Below, piece by piece: positions 9,031-18,399 of a stretch of 64,000 bases of DNA. The DNA is from Candidatus Latescibacterota bacterium (GTDB lineage: Bacteria; Latescibacterota; UBA2968; UBA8231). Location of the stretch: the NCBI GenBank assembly GCA_965248265.1, contig CBDFJF010000001.1:1760001-1824000 (forward strand), given 5' to 3'. Position 1 is the stretch's first letter; the number at the start of each line of letters is the position of its first letter. Below the pieces are notes generated by a model. That model searched no databases and was not told where the DNA came from. It was given only the letters and a program-made list of their open reading frames with translations. The translations under genes were made by a program, and so were the position numbers.

Positions 9031-10164
9031 CTACTGCCAGAGCGGCTCCCCGTTTTCCATCTGCCTCTGCAGAAATTCCTGGTTGAGCTCCACTCCCAGG
9101 CCCGGTCTCTCTGACAGCACCACATGCCCCTGCTGAATTGCCGGCTCCTCTGAGACGATCACGTCATTCCAGGTCGGATCATCGTAACGGTGGAACTCCA
9201 GGGCCAGGAAGTTCGGCACACTGGCGCACACATGCGCGTCCCCTACCGTGCTCAGGGCGCTTGAGTTGTTGTGCGGGGCGAACGGGATGTAGTAGATCTC
9301 AGCCATGTTGGCGATCTTCCGGCACTCGGAGAGCCCTCCGCATTTGGAGATGTCCGGCATGATGATGTCGACGGCCTGCTCCTCCAGCAGATCGCGAAAG
9401 CCGTAGCGCAGATAAAGATTCTCACCCGCACAGATCGGCGTGCTCGTCGACTCGGTTATGCGCCCGAGGGCATCGACGTTTTCGGGTGGCACCGGCTCTT
9501 CCAACCACATCAGGTTCAGATCCTCGATGGCCTGGGCCACCTTGAGGCCGGCCGTGGCATCGTAGCGGCCGTGCAGGTCGATGGCCAGATCCATCTCGGG
9601 TCCCACGGCCTCGCGAATCTCGTGGGCCTGATCGACCATGATCTCCAGCTCACCCGGTGACACGGACCAGTTCCAGGGATCGAGTTTGTGAGGATTGCCG
9701 GCGTCGTCGAGATCGAACTTGATCGCGGTGAAGCCATCGGCACGCACCTGCTCTGCTCTCTTCGCCGTGTCCTCATGAGCGCTGTCGACATATAACCGCA
9801 CGCGGTCGCGGAACTTGCCTCCCAGCAGGCGGTACACCGGCACGCCCTGCGCCTTTCCGGCCAGATCCCAAAGCGCGATCTCCAGACCGGTCAATGCCGA
9901 TATACCCAGCCCCGAGAACCCACCGCGGAAGAGGTAGCTGCGGCGAATACCCTCGAAGCAGGCATCGACATCACGCGGATCCTTGCCGATGAGTTGAGGA
10001 ACCATGGAACGGGTAGTTCCCCTCCAACCGCCGTCCACGTGGCTGGCCTCGCCAGTTCCATAAACGCCTTCATCCGTATGAATACGCACGTAGTAGTATG
10101 TATAGTGTGGCACGCCATCGACCTTGACGCGGACCTCGGCGGTTTTGATGTCGGTGATTTTCAT
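9031..10164 (-). CDS. Mandelate racemase/muconate lactonizing enzyme family (sugar-acid dehydratase)
   Basis: ALWDLAGK, GGKFRD, DLHG, WLEEP, GEN and APHN motifs. Confidence 0.9.
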   Translation of the reverse strand: MKITDIKTAEVRVKVDGVPHYTYYYVRIHTDEGVYGTGEASHVDGGWRGTTRSMVPQLIGKDPRDVDACFEGIRRSYLFRGGFSGLGISALTGLEIALWDLAGKAQGVPVYRLLGGKFRDRVRLYVDSAHEDTAKRAEQVRADGFTAIKFDLDDAGNPHKLDPWNWSVSPGELEIMVDQAHEIREAVGPEMDLAIDLHGRYDATAGLKVAQAIEDLNLMWLEEPVPPENVDALGRITESTSTPICAGENLYLRYGFRDLLEEQAVDIIMPDISKCGGLSECRKIANMAEIYYIPFAPHNNSSALSTVGDAHVCASVPNFLALEFHRYDDPTWNDVIVSEEPAIQQGHVVLSERPGLGVELNQEFLQRQMENGEPLWQ

Positions 10165-10252
10165 CCTGTCTCCTTTTGCTTGCGAAGGCCCTACATTATC
10201 CTACGACAACCATCCTCATCGCGTCAGCTCTCCGGGAGGAAGCACCTTCCCC

Positions 10253-10762
10253 ATGAATGAAAGTCTGGTAATGACGGTAATCGGCGATGACCGACCGGGG
10301 CTTGTCGAAGCACTAGCCCGCACGGTGTCAGCCCATGAAGGCAGCTGGCTCGAGAGTCGCATGGCGCGGCTCGGGGGCAAGTTCGCCGGCATTCTTCGCG
10401 TCACCGTTCCAGAGGACAAGGTCGACCCACTGCTGGAAACTCTGCGTGAGTTGGACGCCCAGGGCCTCCGGGTCACTTCGGAGCGCGGCACGGCCCCGGA
10501 GGAGCGATCGCAGCCAGTACGACTGGAGTTGATGGGAGCTGATCACCTCGGCATCGTCCGCGACATATCCGCTCTGCTCACCAGTCAGCACATCAACGTC
10601 GATGAGTTCACGACCGACTGCGAGCCCGCACCGATGTCTGGACAGCCGCTGTTCAAGGCAACGGCACTGCTGCACCTGCCCCCAGGAGTCTCCGAGGACG
10701 AGTTGCGCGCGAGCCTCGAAAATCTGGCCTCCGACCTGATGGTCGACATCAGTCTGGGCTGA
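10253..10762 (+). CDS. gcvR: Glycine cleavage system regulator (tandem ACT domains)
   Basis: GDDRPGLV, ESRMARLGGKFAG and GADHLGIVRDIS; GGGAGGA RBS. Confidence 0.8.
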   Translation: MNESLVMTVIGDDRPGLVEALARTVSAHEGSWLESRMARLGGKFAGILRVTVPEDKVDPLLETLRELDAQGLRVTSERGTAPEERSQPVRLELMGADHLGIVRDISALLTSQHINVDEFTTDCEPAPMSGQPLFKATALLHLPPGVSEDELRASLENLASDLMVDISLG

Positions 10763-10785
10763 GCCGTTTTCCGACGAGCCTGCAT

Positions 10786-11097
10786 TCACACTTCGTCCGG
10801 ATTCTCCCGCTCCTGCCGTCTCTTTTGTCGACTGCGCCGCCGCTTCTCAATCCGTTCGTGCCTCCGGGCTCCGCGGCCCTGCCGCTGCGGTTGCACCTTG
10901 ATATGCCCTTGCGGCTCGGGAACCGGATGGCCGTCCTCCGTCGCTTCATCGATCCAGTCAGCCACTGACTTGTCGACCGCCGCCAGGGCGGCTTCCTGAG
11001 TCGGCCCCTCGGCGATACAACTCGACAACTCCGGCACCTCGGCGACGAATACCTCGTCTTCCTCAACCCAGTAAATGACGACCTGATACCTGTGCAT
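10786..11097 (-). CDS. HicB-like antitoxin with Arg-rich tail
   Basis: FVAEVPELSSCIAEGPTQEAAL...WIDEATEDGHPVPEP. Confidence 0.8.
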   Translation of the reverse strand: MHRYQVVIYWVEEDEVFVAEVPELSSCIAEGPTQEAALAAVDKSVADWIDEATEDGHPVPEPQGHIKVQPQRQGRGARRHERIEKRRRSRQKRRQERENPDEV

Positions 11098-11233
11098 GCG
11101 AATGCTCTTAGATCCTGGAGTGCGTTTCAGACGGCAATCTGCAAGCAGTACTGTATAGTGCCGGCGAGTGTTCCGTCAACTCCCACACACACCCTTGCCC
11201 ACCCGGCCTCGCCCCTCTAACTTCGCCGTCACG

Positions 11234-12034
11234 ATGGCCGAGCCCCTACCACTAAACGCCTTCACAACACTCGAAGAGCAGGCTGAAGCCCTCTTCCGTG
11301 ACGGCTACGTCTACCTGCCTGGCGTGCTCGATGCCGATCAGGTCTCACACCTGCGCGATCGCATGGACGCGCTCGACGCCATTCCGGAGTGTTTCGACAA
11401 GCACACCGATCCGGCCAAGCACGGTTTCCTGAACAAGTCCATCAACAACACCTTCAATCGGCACGTGCGTTTCCTGCAGTTCCTGGACTGGCCGGGGGTA
11501 ATCGAAATCGCTGAAGCCGTCCACGGGGAGGACTGCCACTGCATCGGCATGACTGCCTGGATGACCGGTGATGGACGCCCGGACCAGACCCTCCACGTGG
11601 ATTGGTTGCCGGTCAGCCTGCCGCAAGACGTCCTGGCCGACCCGCGCGTTCGTCTGCCGATTTTCATCACCACCGCACACTTCTACTTGGACGACCTGAC
11701 ACAGGAGCTTGGTCCGACCAATTTCGTCCCGGGCAGCCATCTTTCGGGTCAGGGGCCCGAACACGAAACCACCTGGCAGGGGCAGAGTGAGAAATCGATT
11801 CTGTGCAATGCCGGTGATGTCGTCATATTTCGCAGTGAAGTTTGGCATCGCGGAACCGCCAACACCAGCGGTCGCACCCGCTACCTGTTGCAGGTCCATT
11901 ACGCCAAGCGCATGATTACGCAGAAATATCCGCCCTACTTGAACCGCTTTCAGTTCGACCCGCATGTTCTCGAACAGGCGTCACCGCGGCAGCTACGCCT
12001 GATGGGCGACCACCGACGCAGCAACTACGACTAG
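11234..12034 (+). CDS. PhyH family dioxygenase
   Basis: FRDGYVYLPGVL, LHVDW, GPTNFVPGSH and EVWHRG. Confidence 0.85.
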   Translation: MAEPLPLNAFTTLEEQAEALFRDGYVYLPGVLDADQVSHLRDRMDALDAIPECFDKHTDPAKHGFLNKSINNTFNRHVRFLQFLDWPGVIEIAEAVHGEDCHCIGMTAWMTGDGRPDQTLHVDWLPVSLPQDVLADPRVRLPIFITTAHFYLDDLTQELGPTNFVPGSHLSGQGPEHETTWQGQSEKSILCNAGDVVIFRSEVWHRGTANTSGRTRYLLQVHYAKRMITQKYPPYLNRFQFDPHVLEQASPRQLRLMGDHRRSNYD

Positions 12035-12043
12035 GACTTCACC

Positions 12044-12589
12044 GTGCCTGATCCCGCACAGATTCCGCATCTGCTGAGACTGATCGACGATGACTCGGAA
12101 CCCGTCCGCCTGGCCGTCGCCAGCGCGCTGGCAGCGTTTGGTCCCTCGTTGCCGGACGAGTTGGCCCGCCTCACCGAGCCACCCAGTGACGCTCAGATGC
12201 AGATGATCCAGGACCTGCTCGAAAATCATGGCAGGCAAAGCCACGGCGCCCAGGCTGTTGAAGAGAAGGATGCAACCGAACCGCGGTTCGAACCCGGTCA
12301 ACTGGTCGTGCATCGTCGTTATGGCTACCGCGGTGTAGTCGTCGCCTTCGACGTCACCTGTGAGGCGGAGGATGACTGGTACCTGACCAACCAGACCCAA
12401 CCTAGTCGTGACCAGCCCTGGTATCACGTCCTCGTCCACGACTCAGAGCAGATCACCTATGCCGCCCAGACCAGCCTCCAGGCTGACGACTCCGATCAGC
12501 AGATCAGTCACCCGCTGGTCGAGCACTTCTTCTCTTCCTTCAGCGACGGCCACTACTTCAGAAACGACGAGGCCTGGCCGCCAACCTGA
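12044..12589 (+). CDS. HspQ/YccV-domain protein with N-terminal HEAT-like segment
   Basis: FEPGQLVVHRRYGYRGVV, QPWYHVLV and TYAAQ are YccV signatures. Confidence 0.8.
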   Translation: MPDPAQIPHLLRLIDDDSEPVRLAVASALAAFGPSLPDELARLTEPPSDAQMQMIQDLLENHGRQSHGAQAVEEKDATEPRFEPGQLVVHRRYGYRGVVVAFDVTCEAEDDWYLTNQTQPSRDQPWYHVLVHDSEQITYAAQTSLQADDSDQQISHPLVEHFFSSFSDGHYFRNDEAWPPT

Positions 12590-12647
12590 AGTCATCGGGG
12601 AACGGGATCCTGGCCTGGAAGTCCAGGAATTCAGAGAGGAATGGATC

Positions 12648-13196
12648 ATGAGAGGAGCATCTCCGAGAGTAGCCCCCTCGGTGTTGGTGCTGAGTCTGGC
12701 GCTCTCGGGAGCGGTGCCCTCCGGCGCCGGTGAGGCGCTTCAGTTCGTACTGCCCGATATCGATGGCCGGGAATTCTCACTGAAGAAGGAGGTGGGCGCC
12801 GGACCTCTGGTCCTCGATTTTTGGGCTACCTGGTGCAAACCCTGTATCAAGGAACTGCCCGTATTGCAGGAAATCTCCACCGATTACGAGAAGCGAGGCG
12901 TCAGGGTCGTCACCATCAATATTGACGGACCACACAACCAGGCCAAGATTCGACCCTTCATGCATCGTCACCGCTTGCAGCTACCCGTACTCCTCGACAA
13001 GACAGGTAGTGTCATCAAGCAGTTTCAGTTGATATCGGTCCCTTCTACCGTGATCATCTCTTCCGCTGGCGAGGTGGTGTACAAACACTCGGGATATAAA
13101 CCTGGCGATGAGAAGGTATTGCGAAGCAAATTGGATGAATTGCTCGACCACGGTGCACCAATTAACACGAACCAGGAAGTCGAGGCTGGTTCGTGA
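12648..13196 (+). CDS. TlpA-family thiol-disulfide oxidoreductase, exported
   Basis: Signal peptide, LDFWATWCKPC and VPST cis-Pro; GAGAGGA RBS. Confidence 0.9.
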   Translation: MRGASPRVAPSVLVLSLALSGAVPSGAGEALQFVLPDIDGREFSLKKEVGAGPLVLDFWATWCKPCIKELPVLQEISTDYEKRGVRVVTINIDGPHNQAKIRPFMHRHRLQLPVLLDKTGSVIKQFQLISVPSTVIISSAGEVVYKHSGYKPGDEKVLRSKLDELLDHGAPINTNQEVEAGS

Positions 13197-13215
13197 CCTA
13201 TTTCGGAGGCATCCC

Positions 13216-13899
13216 GTGCACTACTGGTCGCTGGCCGTTGCGGCCGCTTGCTCGATAACTCTCGCGACATCACCTTGCGCTGCAATCCCGCAGCTGGGTG
13301 AGCAGGCCCCGGACTTTACCCTGGAACAGTTGGATGGTGGATCGGTCTCGCTGAGCGACTTCGACAGCAAGGTCATCTTCATCAACTTCTTCGGTTACAT
13401 CTGAAGCCAGTGTCTCGCGGAGGCCGCGAATATCGAGCAGATCTGGCAGGATTACCGCGAAAACGAGGATTTTGTCACCATCGGAGTGGACGCGTGGGAC
13501 GGGGCCGCCAATCAGGTAGAAAACCTCTTTCGCGTCCGCACCGGCACGACCTATCCCCTGTTGCTCATGGGCAGACAGGTGGCTCGAGGTTACGGCTTCG
13601 ACCGCCACAATTACGCCGTCGTCGATCACGATCGAGTGCTCCGATATCGATCGACGGGCTCTATCAGCTCACGCTTCGATCCGGACGCCATTCGCGGTGC
13701 CATCGACCTGGCTCTGGCCGCTTTGCCTGGGGCCATGGCCTCTCCTGACTTCGACGGCGACGGCCACGTCAGCTTCACCGATTTCTTCCTCTTCATCGAT
13801 GCCTATGGCACGACCGACCCTCGTTTCGACATGAATGGCAGTGGGGGAGCGGTTGATGCCGAAGATTTCTTCCTCTTTGCCGATCAGTTCGGACGTTAG
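13216..13899 (+). CDS. Selenocysteine-containing AhpC/TSA-TlpA redoxin (UxxC) with C-terminal dockerin-like tail
   Basis: GGAGG RBS and GTG 13216; signal peptide; APDFTL...FINFFGYI-TGA(13402)-SQC continues in frame into the 13486 ORF; hairpin follows the TGA. Confidence 0.85.
13405..13429 (+). promoter_or_regulatory. Putative bacterial SECIS element
   Basis: TCGCGG-AGG-CCGCGA perfect stem (13415-13429) with a G-rich apex about 16-17 nt after the in-frame TGA. Confidence 0.65.
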
Positions 13900-13906
13900 T
13901 CAGCGA

Positions 13907-15469
13907 ATGAGATTGCGCCGAAGTTTCCGCCGGGCACGGCCTGTGGTTGCCCTATCGGTGCTGTTGGCCACTCCACCCACCGACGCGCAGGAGCACCTGC
14001 ACCTGACGGCGCTGACCGAGGTGCAGGTGGGCAACCTGCCGGATCGAGCACCACGGGATCTGCGCACCATCTACCAGCAGTTGAATCTCGACTATACGGC
14101 ATCCGGATTTCAGGCAGGTCTGCGCAGCGAGAACTTTGGCACTGACACCTCGGGGCGTGACTACAACCATCTGGCGCAGCGTTTCGTCCGCTACAACCAA
14201 GGCAACCTGCAGGTCACGGCCGGTCATTTCTTCTCAATTCTCGGCAACGGCCTGCTCATGCACGCCTTCGAGCTGCCCTCCGTGATCACGGAGGACCGGG
14301 GCTGGCGCCGGCGTTACCAGCTGACCCGTGACCTGGATGGTCTACAGATCGGTTACAGGTGGAACAGCACCGAAGTCACCCTGCTGCGAGGCACCCCAGT
14401 CAACAGCGCCCTCCCTCCCGGTGACCTGGGTGGACCTGAGCGTCGCGACGGTACCCTCCAGGGGGGCTCGATCGAGATCCATCCGGTCGATTACTTCAGC
14501 GGCGGCATCGGATTGCTGCAAATCAAGGCAGCCGATGGGGACAAGCTGGGCGCCACCCTTCACGGACGCTGGCGACTGGCTCCTCTGATACAGCGCCTGG
14601 GCCTGGCAGATGTGTACGCCGATCTCTATGGCGAGTACGCCCAGCGCGATTTCGAGGCTGGACGCTGGTTCTCCCTGGATCGCGATTTTCCTCGCGCCCT
14701 ATACCTTTCCAGCACCGTCACGGCCGGTCCCTGGGGATTGAGTCTGGAGTACAAGGATTATTGGGACTTCCTGATCGCGGAGGTCAACAATCCCCCCACC
14801 TTGATCAGGGAACACGAGGCTTTCCTCCTCAACCGCGATACCCATGTACTGCTGGCTGACGACGAGTCCGGAATCCAGGCTGAATTGAGCTACTACTTCA
14901 CGATCGGTCAGGCCCTGACAGCCAACTTCACCAGAGCCGAGCGCCGACAGGGACCAGGGGCGGACGACAACATGGACCTGCAGACGCTCTTTTTACAGGC
15001 GGACTCTCCGCTCGGAGAAAACCTGAGTGGCCAGCTGTGGGCCGATTTCAGCCGCGACCACATTTTTGCCCACGACAACCGCAAATCCGTCGGCACGGTC
15101 GTGGACTGGCAGATCGACGGTACTTATAGCCTCAACACGGACCTCCAGTTCCAGACTGTCGACCGCTCATTCGGCGATCTGGTTTTTCCTTACAAGAACC
15201 TCTACCTGGGATTGGAACTGCACCGGTCCCCAGGTCTATCCGGAGCCCTCCTCGTGCAGCGCTCCACCGATACCCTCGAGACCGGGGCCTCCGAAACGGG
15301 TCCAACCTACTGGTACGGTGGCAGCATCGGCTGGCAGGTCCGCGAAGGCCACAGCCTCAACCTCTTTGGCGGCAAGCGCCGCACCGGGTTGGCCTGCACC
15401 GCCGGCACCTGCTACGAGCTGCTCGGCTTCGAGGGGGTGGAGGTTCGCCTGATCAACCAGTTCCTGTAG
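13907..15469 (+). CDS. DUF6029-like outer-membrane beta-barrel protein
   Basis: Signal peptide, VTAGHFFSILGNGL, SLEYKDY, NNPPTL; C-terminal GKRRTGLACTAGTC and terminal aromatic residue. Confidence 0.7.
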   Translation: MRLRRSFRRARPVVALSVLLATPPTDAQEHLHLTALTEVQVGNLPDRAPRDLRTIYQQLNLDYTASGFQAGLRSENFGTDTSGRDYNHLAQRFVRYNQGNLQVTAGHFFSILGNGLLMHAFELPSVITEDRGWRRRYQLTRDLDGLQIGYRWNSTEVTLLRGTPVNSALPPGDLGGPERRDGTLQGGSIEIHPVDYFSGGIGLLQIKAADGDKLGATLHGRWRLAPLIQRLGLADVYADLYGEYAQRDFEAGRWFSLDRDFPRALYLSSTVTAGPWGLSLEYKDYWDFLIAEVNNPPTLIREHEAFLLNRDTHVLLADDESGIQAELSYYFTIGQALTANFTRAERRQGPGADDNMDLQTLFLQADSPLGENLSGQLWADFSRDHIFAHDNRKSVGTVVDWQIDGTYSLNTDLQFQTVDRSFGDLVFPYKNLYLGLELHRSPGLSGALLVQRSTDTLETGASETGPTYWYGGSIGWQVREGHSLNLFGGKRRTGLACTAGTCYELLGFEGVEVRLINQFL

Positions 15470-15609
15470 ATTTTAGTCGCCCGCCCGGAACAGGCTGGCC
15501 CTACCACGGATAGTTTTCCGATATTTGGTATTGTGGTGTGCGGCAAGGATTACGACCTTTTTTGCCGCACCATTTCGCCATCCCATTTCATCTCTGGACC
15601 AATTGCAGC

Positions 15610-15945
15610 ATGACAGAACTCATACCCTACATGTTCCTGATTCTGGCGGCGGGACTTGGCGGCATCAGCATGAGGATGATGCTGGAATACAAGAAGCGCG
15701 CAGCCCGCTTTGAACGCGAGCATGTGAAGATCCGCCGGCGCAGGGATGAACACGTAGCGGTTATCGAGGAGCAGGAGGCCAAAATCAAGGAGATGGAAAG
15801 CGAAATTGAGAAGGACCAGACTGCCTTGACGGAGCTCCAGATGCAACAGCGGGAGGCGACGACGCGCTTGACTGAACTGGAAGAAATACAGGAGCGGCTC
15901 AGTCCCTCGTCTCGCCGCGTCGAGACCGACCGGGAGCAACAATAG
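15610..15945 (+). CDS. Hypothetical protein, N-terminal TM helix plus coiled coil
   Basis: Hydrophobic N-terminus followed by an E/K/Q/R-rich heptad region. Confidence 0.7.
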   Translation: MTELIPYMFLILAAGLGGISMRMMLEYKKRAARFEREHVKIRRRRDEHVAVIEEQEAKIKEMESEIEKDQTALTELQMQQREATTRLTELEEIQERLSPSSRRVETDREQQ

Positions 15946-16248
15946 ATGCTGATTCTTACGGTCGCTCTGTGCGTCGGCATGATGACCGTGTGCGCCCTGG
16001 TCAAAGGCTTTACGAGCCGCCGGCTGTCGGAGCTGAAGCGGGAATTGTCCACCCTGAACATCGAAGAGGGGCGCCTCAAGGAAGAACGTGGGAGGATCGA
16101 AATTCGGCTCGAGAGTGCCGAGGCTCGCAACAACAACCTGACCTTCGAACTCGAGAAGGGCAATAAAGAGCTGGAAGACCTGTCGGAGCTGGTCGGCGAG
16201 TTGGAGACCAAGATGTCGAGGGCGGAAGCCAACGACGAAGACGCCTGA
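15946..16248 (+). CDS. Hypothetical protein, N-terminal TM helix plus coiled coil
   Basis: Same architecture as the upstream gene; TAG-ATG abutting. Confidence 0.7.
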   Translation: MLILTVALCVGMMTVCALVKGFTSRRLSELKRELSTLNIEEGRLKEERGRIEIRLESAEARNNNLTFELEKGNKELEDLSELVGELETKMSRAEANDEDA

Positions 16249-16321
16249 TTTCCGGGTTTACCGACCACCCCCTATATTATTTTGTCTCTGTTTTGCGGCT
16301 CATTATCAAGGATTTGGTTCC

Positions 16322-17194
16322 ATGCTGACCCAAGCTCAAATCGACGAATACCGCGCCAGGGGCTTTCTCGCCGTCGACGATGTTCTCACTCCAACCGAGG
16401 TGCAGGAACTGAAGGACGTCACCGATGAGTTCATCGACAAATCACGCGCCTTCACCGAACACACTGACGTGTTCGATCTGGAGCCCGATCACACCGCGGA
16501 TGCTCCCAAGTTGCGACGCCTGGTCAATCCCGCCAGCAACCACGAGGCCTACGACCGCACCCTGCGACATGACAGGATTCTCGACATGGTCTCCCAGTTG
16601 GTCGGCACGGCATCCGTTCGCACCAACGGTGACAAGCTCAACATGAAGGCAAGCGAGGCGGGTAGTCCAGTCGAATGGCACCAGGACTGGGCTTTTTATC
16701 CCCACACCAATGACGACCTGTTGGCGGTCGGCGTGGCCATCGACGACATGACCCAGCAGAACGGGTGTCTGCTGGTAATTCCCGGATCGCATAAGGGTAA
16801 GGTGTACGACCACCACCAGGACGGCCGATTCGTCGGCGCCGTGACCGAGCCGAATTTCGACGACTCCAGTGCAGAGGCAATCGAGGTAAGAGCGGGGGGC
16901 ATATCCATTCACCATGTTCGCACCCTGCACGGCTCCATGCCCAACACCTCGTCCAATCCACGTCGGCTTTTCCTGCTCATGTACTGCTCTGGGGACTCCT
17001 TCTCCCTGACCGCGACCCCGGGCCAGATAACGGATTGGGAAGACTACGAGAAATCCTTCCTTCGAGGAGGGCCCTCCCAGGATGTACGCATCGAGGCATG
17101 CCCCGTGCGCCTGCCACTTCCCGGGCCCTTGAAGCCGGGATCGATCTTCGAGAACCAGACGGTTCTCAGACAATCGAACATCAAGACGGCCTGA
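16322..17194 (+). CDS. PhyH family dioxygenase
   Basis: LTQAQIDEYRARG, WHQDW, NGCLLVIPGSH and LHGS. Confidence 0.9.
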   Translation: MLTQAQIDEYRARGFLAVDDVLTPTEVQELKDVTDEFIDKSRAFTEHTDVFDLEPDHTADAPKLRRLVNPASNHEAYDRTLRHDRILDMVSQLVGTASVRTNGDKLNMKASEAGSPVEWHQDWAFYPHTNDDLLAVGVAIDDMTQQNGCLLVIPGSHKGKVYDHHQDGRFVGAVTEPNFDDSSAEAIEVRAGGISIHHVRTLHGSMPNTSSNPRRLFLLMYCSGDSFSLTATPGQITDWEDYEKSFLRGGPSQDVRIEACPVRLPLPGPLKPGSIFENQTVLRQSNIKTA

Positions 17195-17287
17195 GAACTA
17201 CACGGCGGCCGCTTCTGACCCTGATTGGGTTGGACATCAGTCCAGTCACCGACTGGGCCGCCACGACTCCATCCTGACAGGATCTCC

Positions 17288-18376
17288 ATGAAAACCTACC
17301 GCACTGCCCTCATCGGCTGCAGCCGCATGGGCGCCTTCATCGACAACGAGACACCGCCCGATCACCTGGCGTACTCTCACGCTGCCGGCTACGAGGAATG
17401 CGCACGCACGGAGATGGTGGCCTGCGCGGACCTGCGAGAGGATCTCATGGAACAGGTCGGCATCCGCTACGGTGTGCCCAAAGAAAGACAGTACCTCGAC
17501 TACCGCGAGATGATCGAAGCGGAAAAGCCAGACATCGTCAGCGTCGCCACCCAGCCTGAACCCCGGGCCCAGATGGTCGTCTACGCTGCCGAACATGGGG
17601 TCCCGGCGATCTACTGCGAGAAGGCCATGGCCGCTTCCCTGGCCGACGCGGATGCCATGGTGGAGGCCGTCGAACGCAACGGGGTATTCCTCAACATGGG
17701 TACCAACCGGCGTTGGGACCCTGGATATGATGCGTTGAAGGCGGTCATCGACGGTGGTCGACTTGGCGACCTGAAAAGCGCCATCAGCCACTCCTGTGGG
17801 CCGCTCTTCAACTCCGCCAGTCACATGTTCGACCTGCTCCTGCGTGTCAACGACGACGTGCCGGTGGCCTGGGTGCAGGCGCACCTCACCGACGCGGACG
17901 AGATCATCGACGGGGAACTTCTGCGCGGCGATCCTGTCGGCGAGGGCATCATACAGGCTGAGAATGGCGTCACCCTCTACGCCTTGAACTCCAACCGGGG
18001 GGTCGAGCTGGAGGCCATATGCGAGCGTGGCACCCTTGAGGGATGGAACAACGCTACCTCCTGGTTCCTGCGCGAGTCGGGAGGCCTCGACTATACCCGC
18101 CGCCGCCACATCCTGGTCCCCGGAGAATTTCCGCCCTTCGAAGATGCCAGTTCCACGGTGCGGCTGATCGAAGACCTGGTGCATTCCCTCGATACCAGCG
18201 AGCCTCCTCGCGGCGGCGTGCGTGTGGCCCGCGCCAACATGGAGTTGATCTTCGCCTTCGTGGAATCGCACGCCCGTGGAGGCCAACGCGTGGAACTACC
18301 GTTGGCAGACAGTGCCTACCGCCTGCAGATACCGCCGAGGACAGCACGACCCAGGCTGGAGCGGACAGACTCCTGA
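17288..18376 (+). CDS. Gfo/Idh/MocA family oxidoreductase
   Basis: ALIGCSRMG, PDIVSVAT, YCEKAM and NRRW. Confidence 0.85.
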   Translation: MKTYRTALIGCSRMGAFIDNETPPDHLAYSHAAGYEECARTEMVACADLREDLMEQVGIRYGVPKERQYLDYREMIEAEKPDIVSVATQPEPRAQMVVYAAEHGVPAIYCEKAMAASLADADAMVEAVERNGVFLNMGTNRRWDPGYDALKAVIDGGRLGDLKSAISHSCGPLFNSASHMFDLLLRVNDDVPVAWVQAHLTDADEIIDGELLRGDPVGEGIIQAENGVTLYALNSNRGVELEAICERGTLEGWNNATSWFLRESGGLDYTRRRHILVPGEFPPFEDASSTVRLIEDLVHSLDTSEPPRGGVRVARANMELIFAFVESHARGGQRVELPLADSAYRLQIPPRTARPRLERTDS

Positions 18377-18399
18377 CCCGTCGGTAACCTGGCACGGCC

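Noticed and set aside
13108-13899. Two separate ORFs (13108-13404 and 13486-13899) or a nonsense pseudogene
   Set aside because: The stop coincides with the catalytic Cys position and is followed by a SECIS-like hairpin, so a single selenoprotein explains it better.
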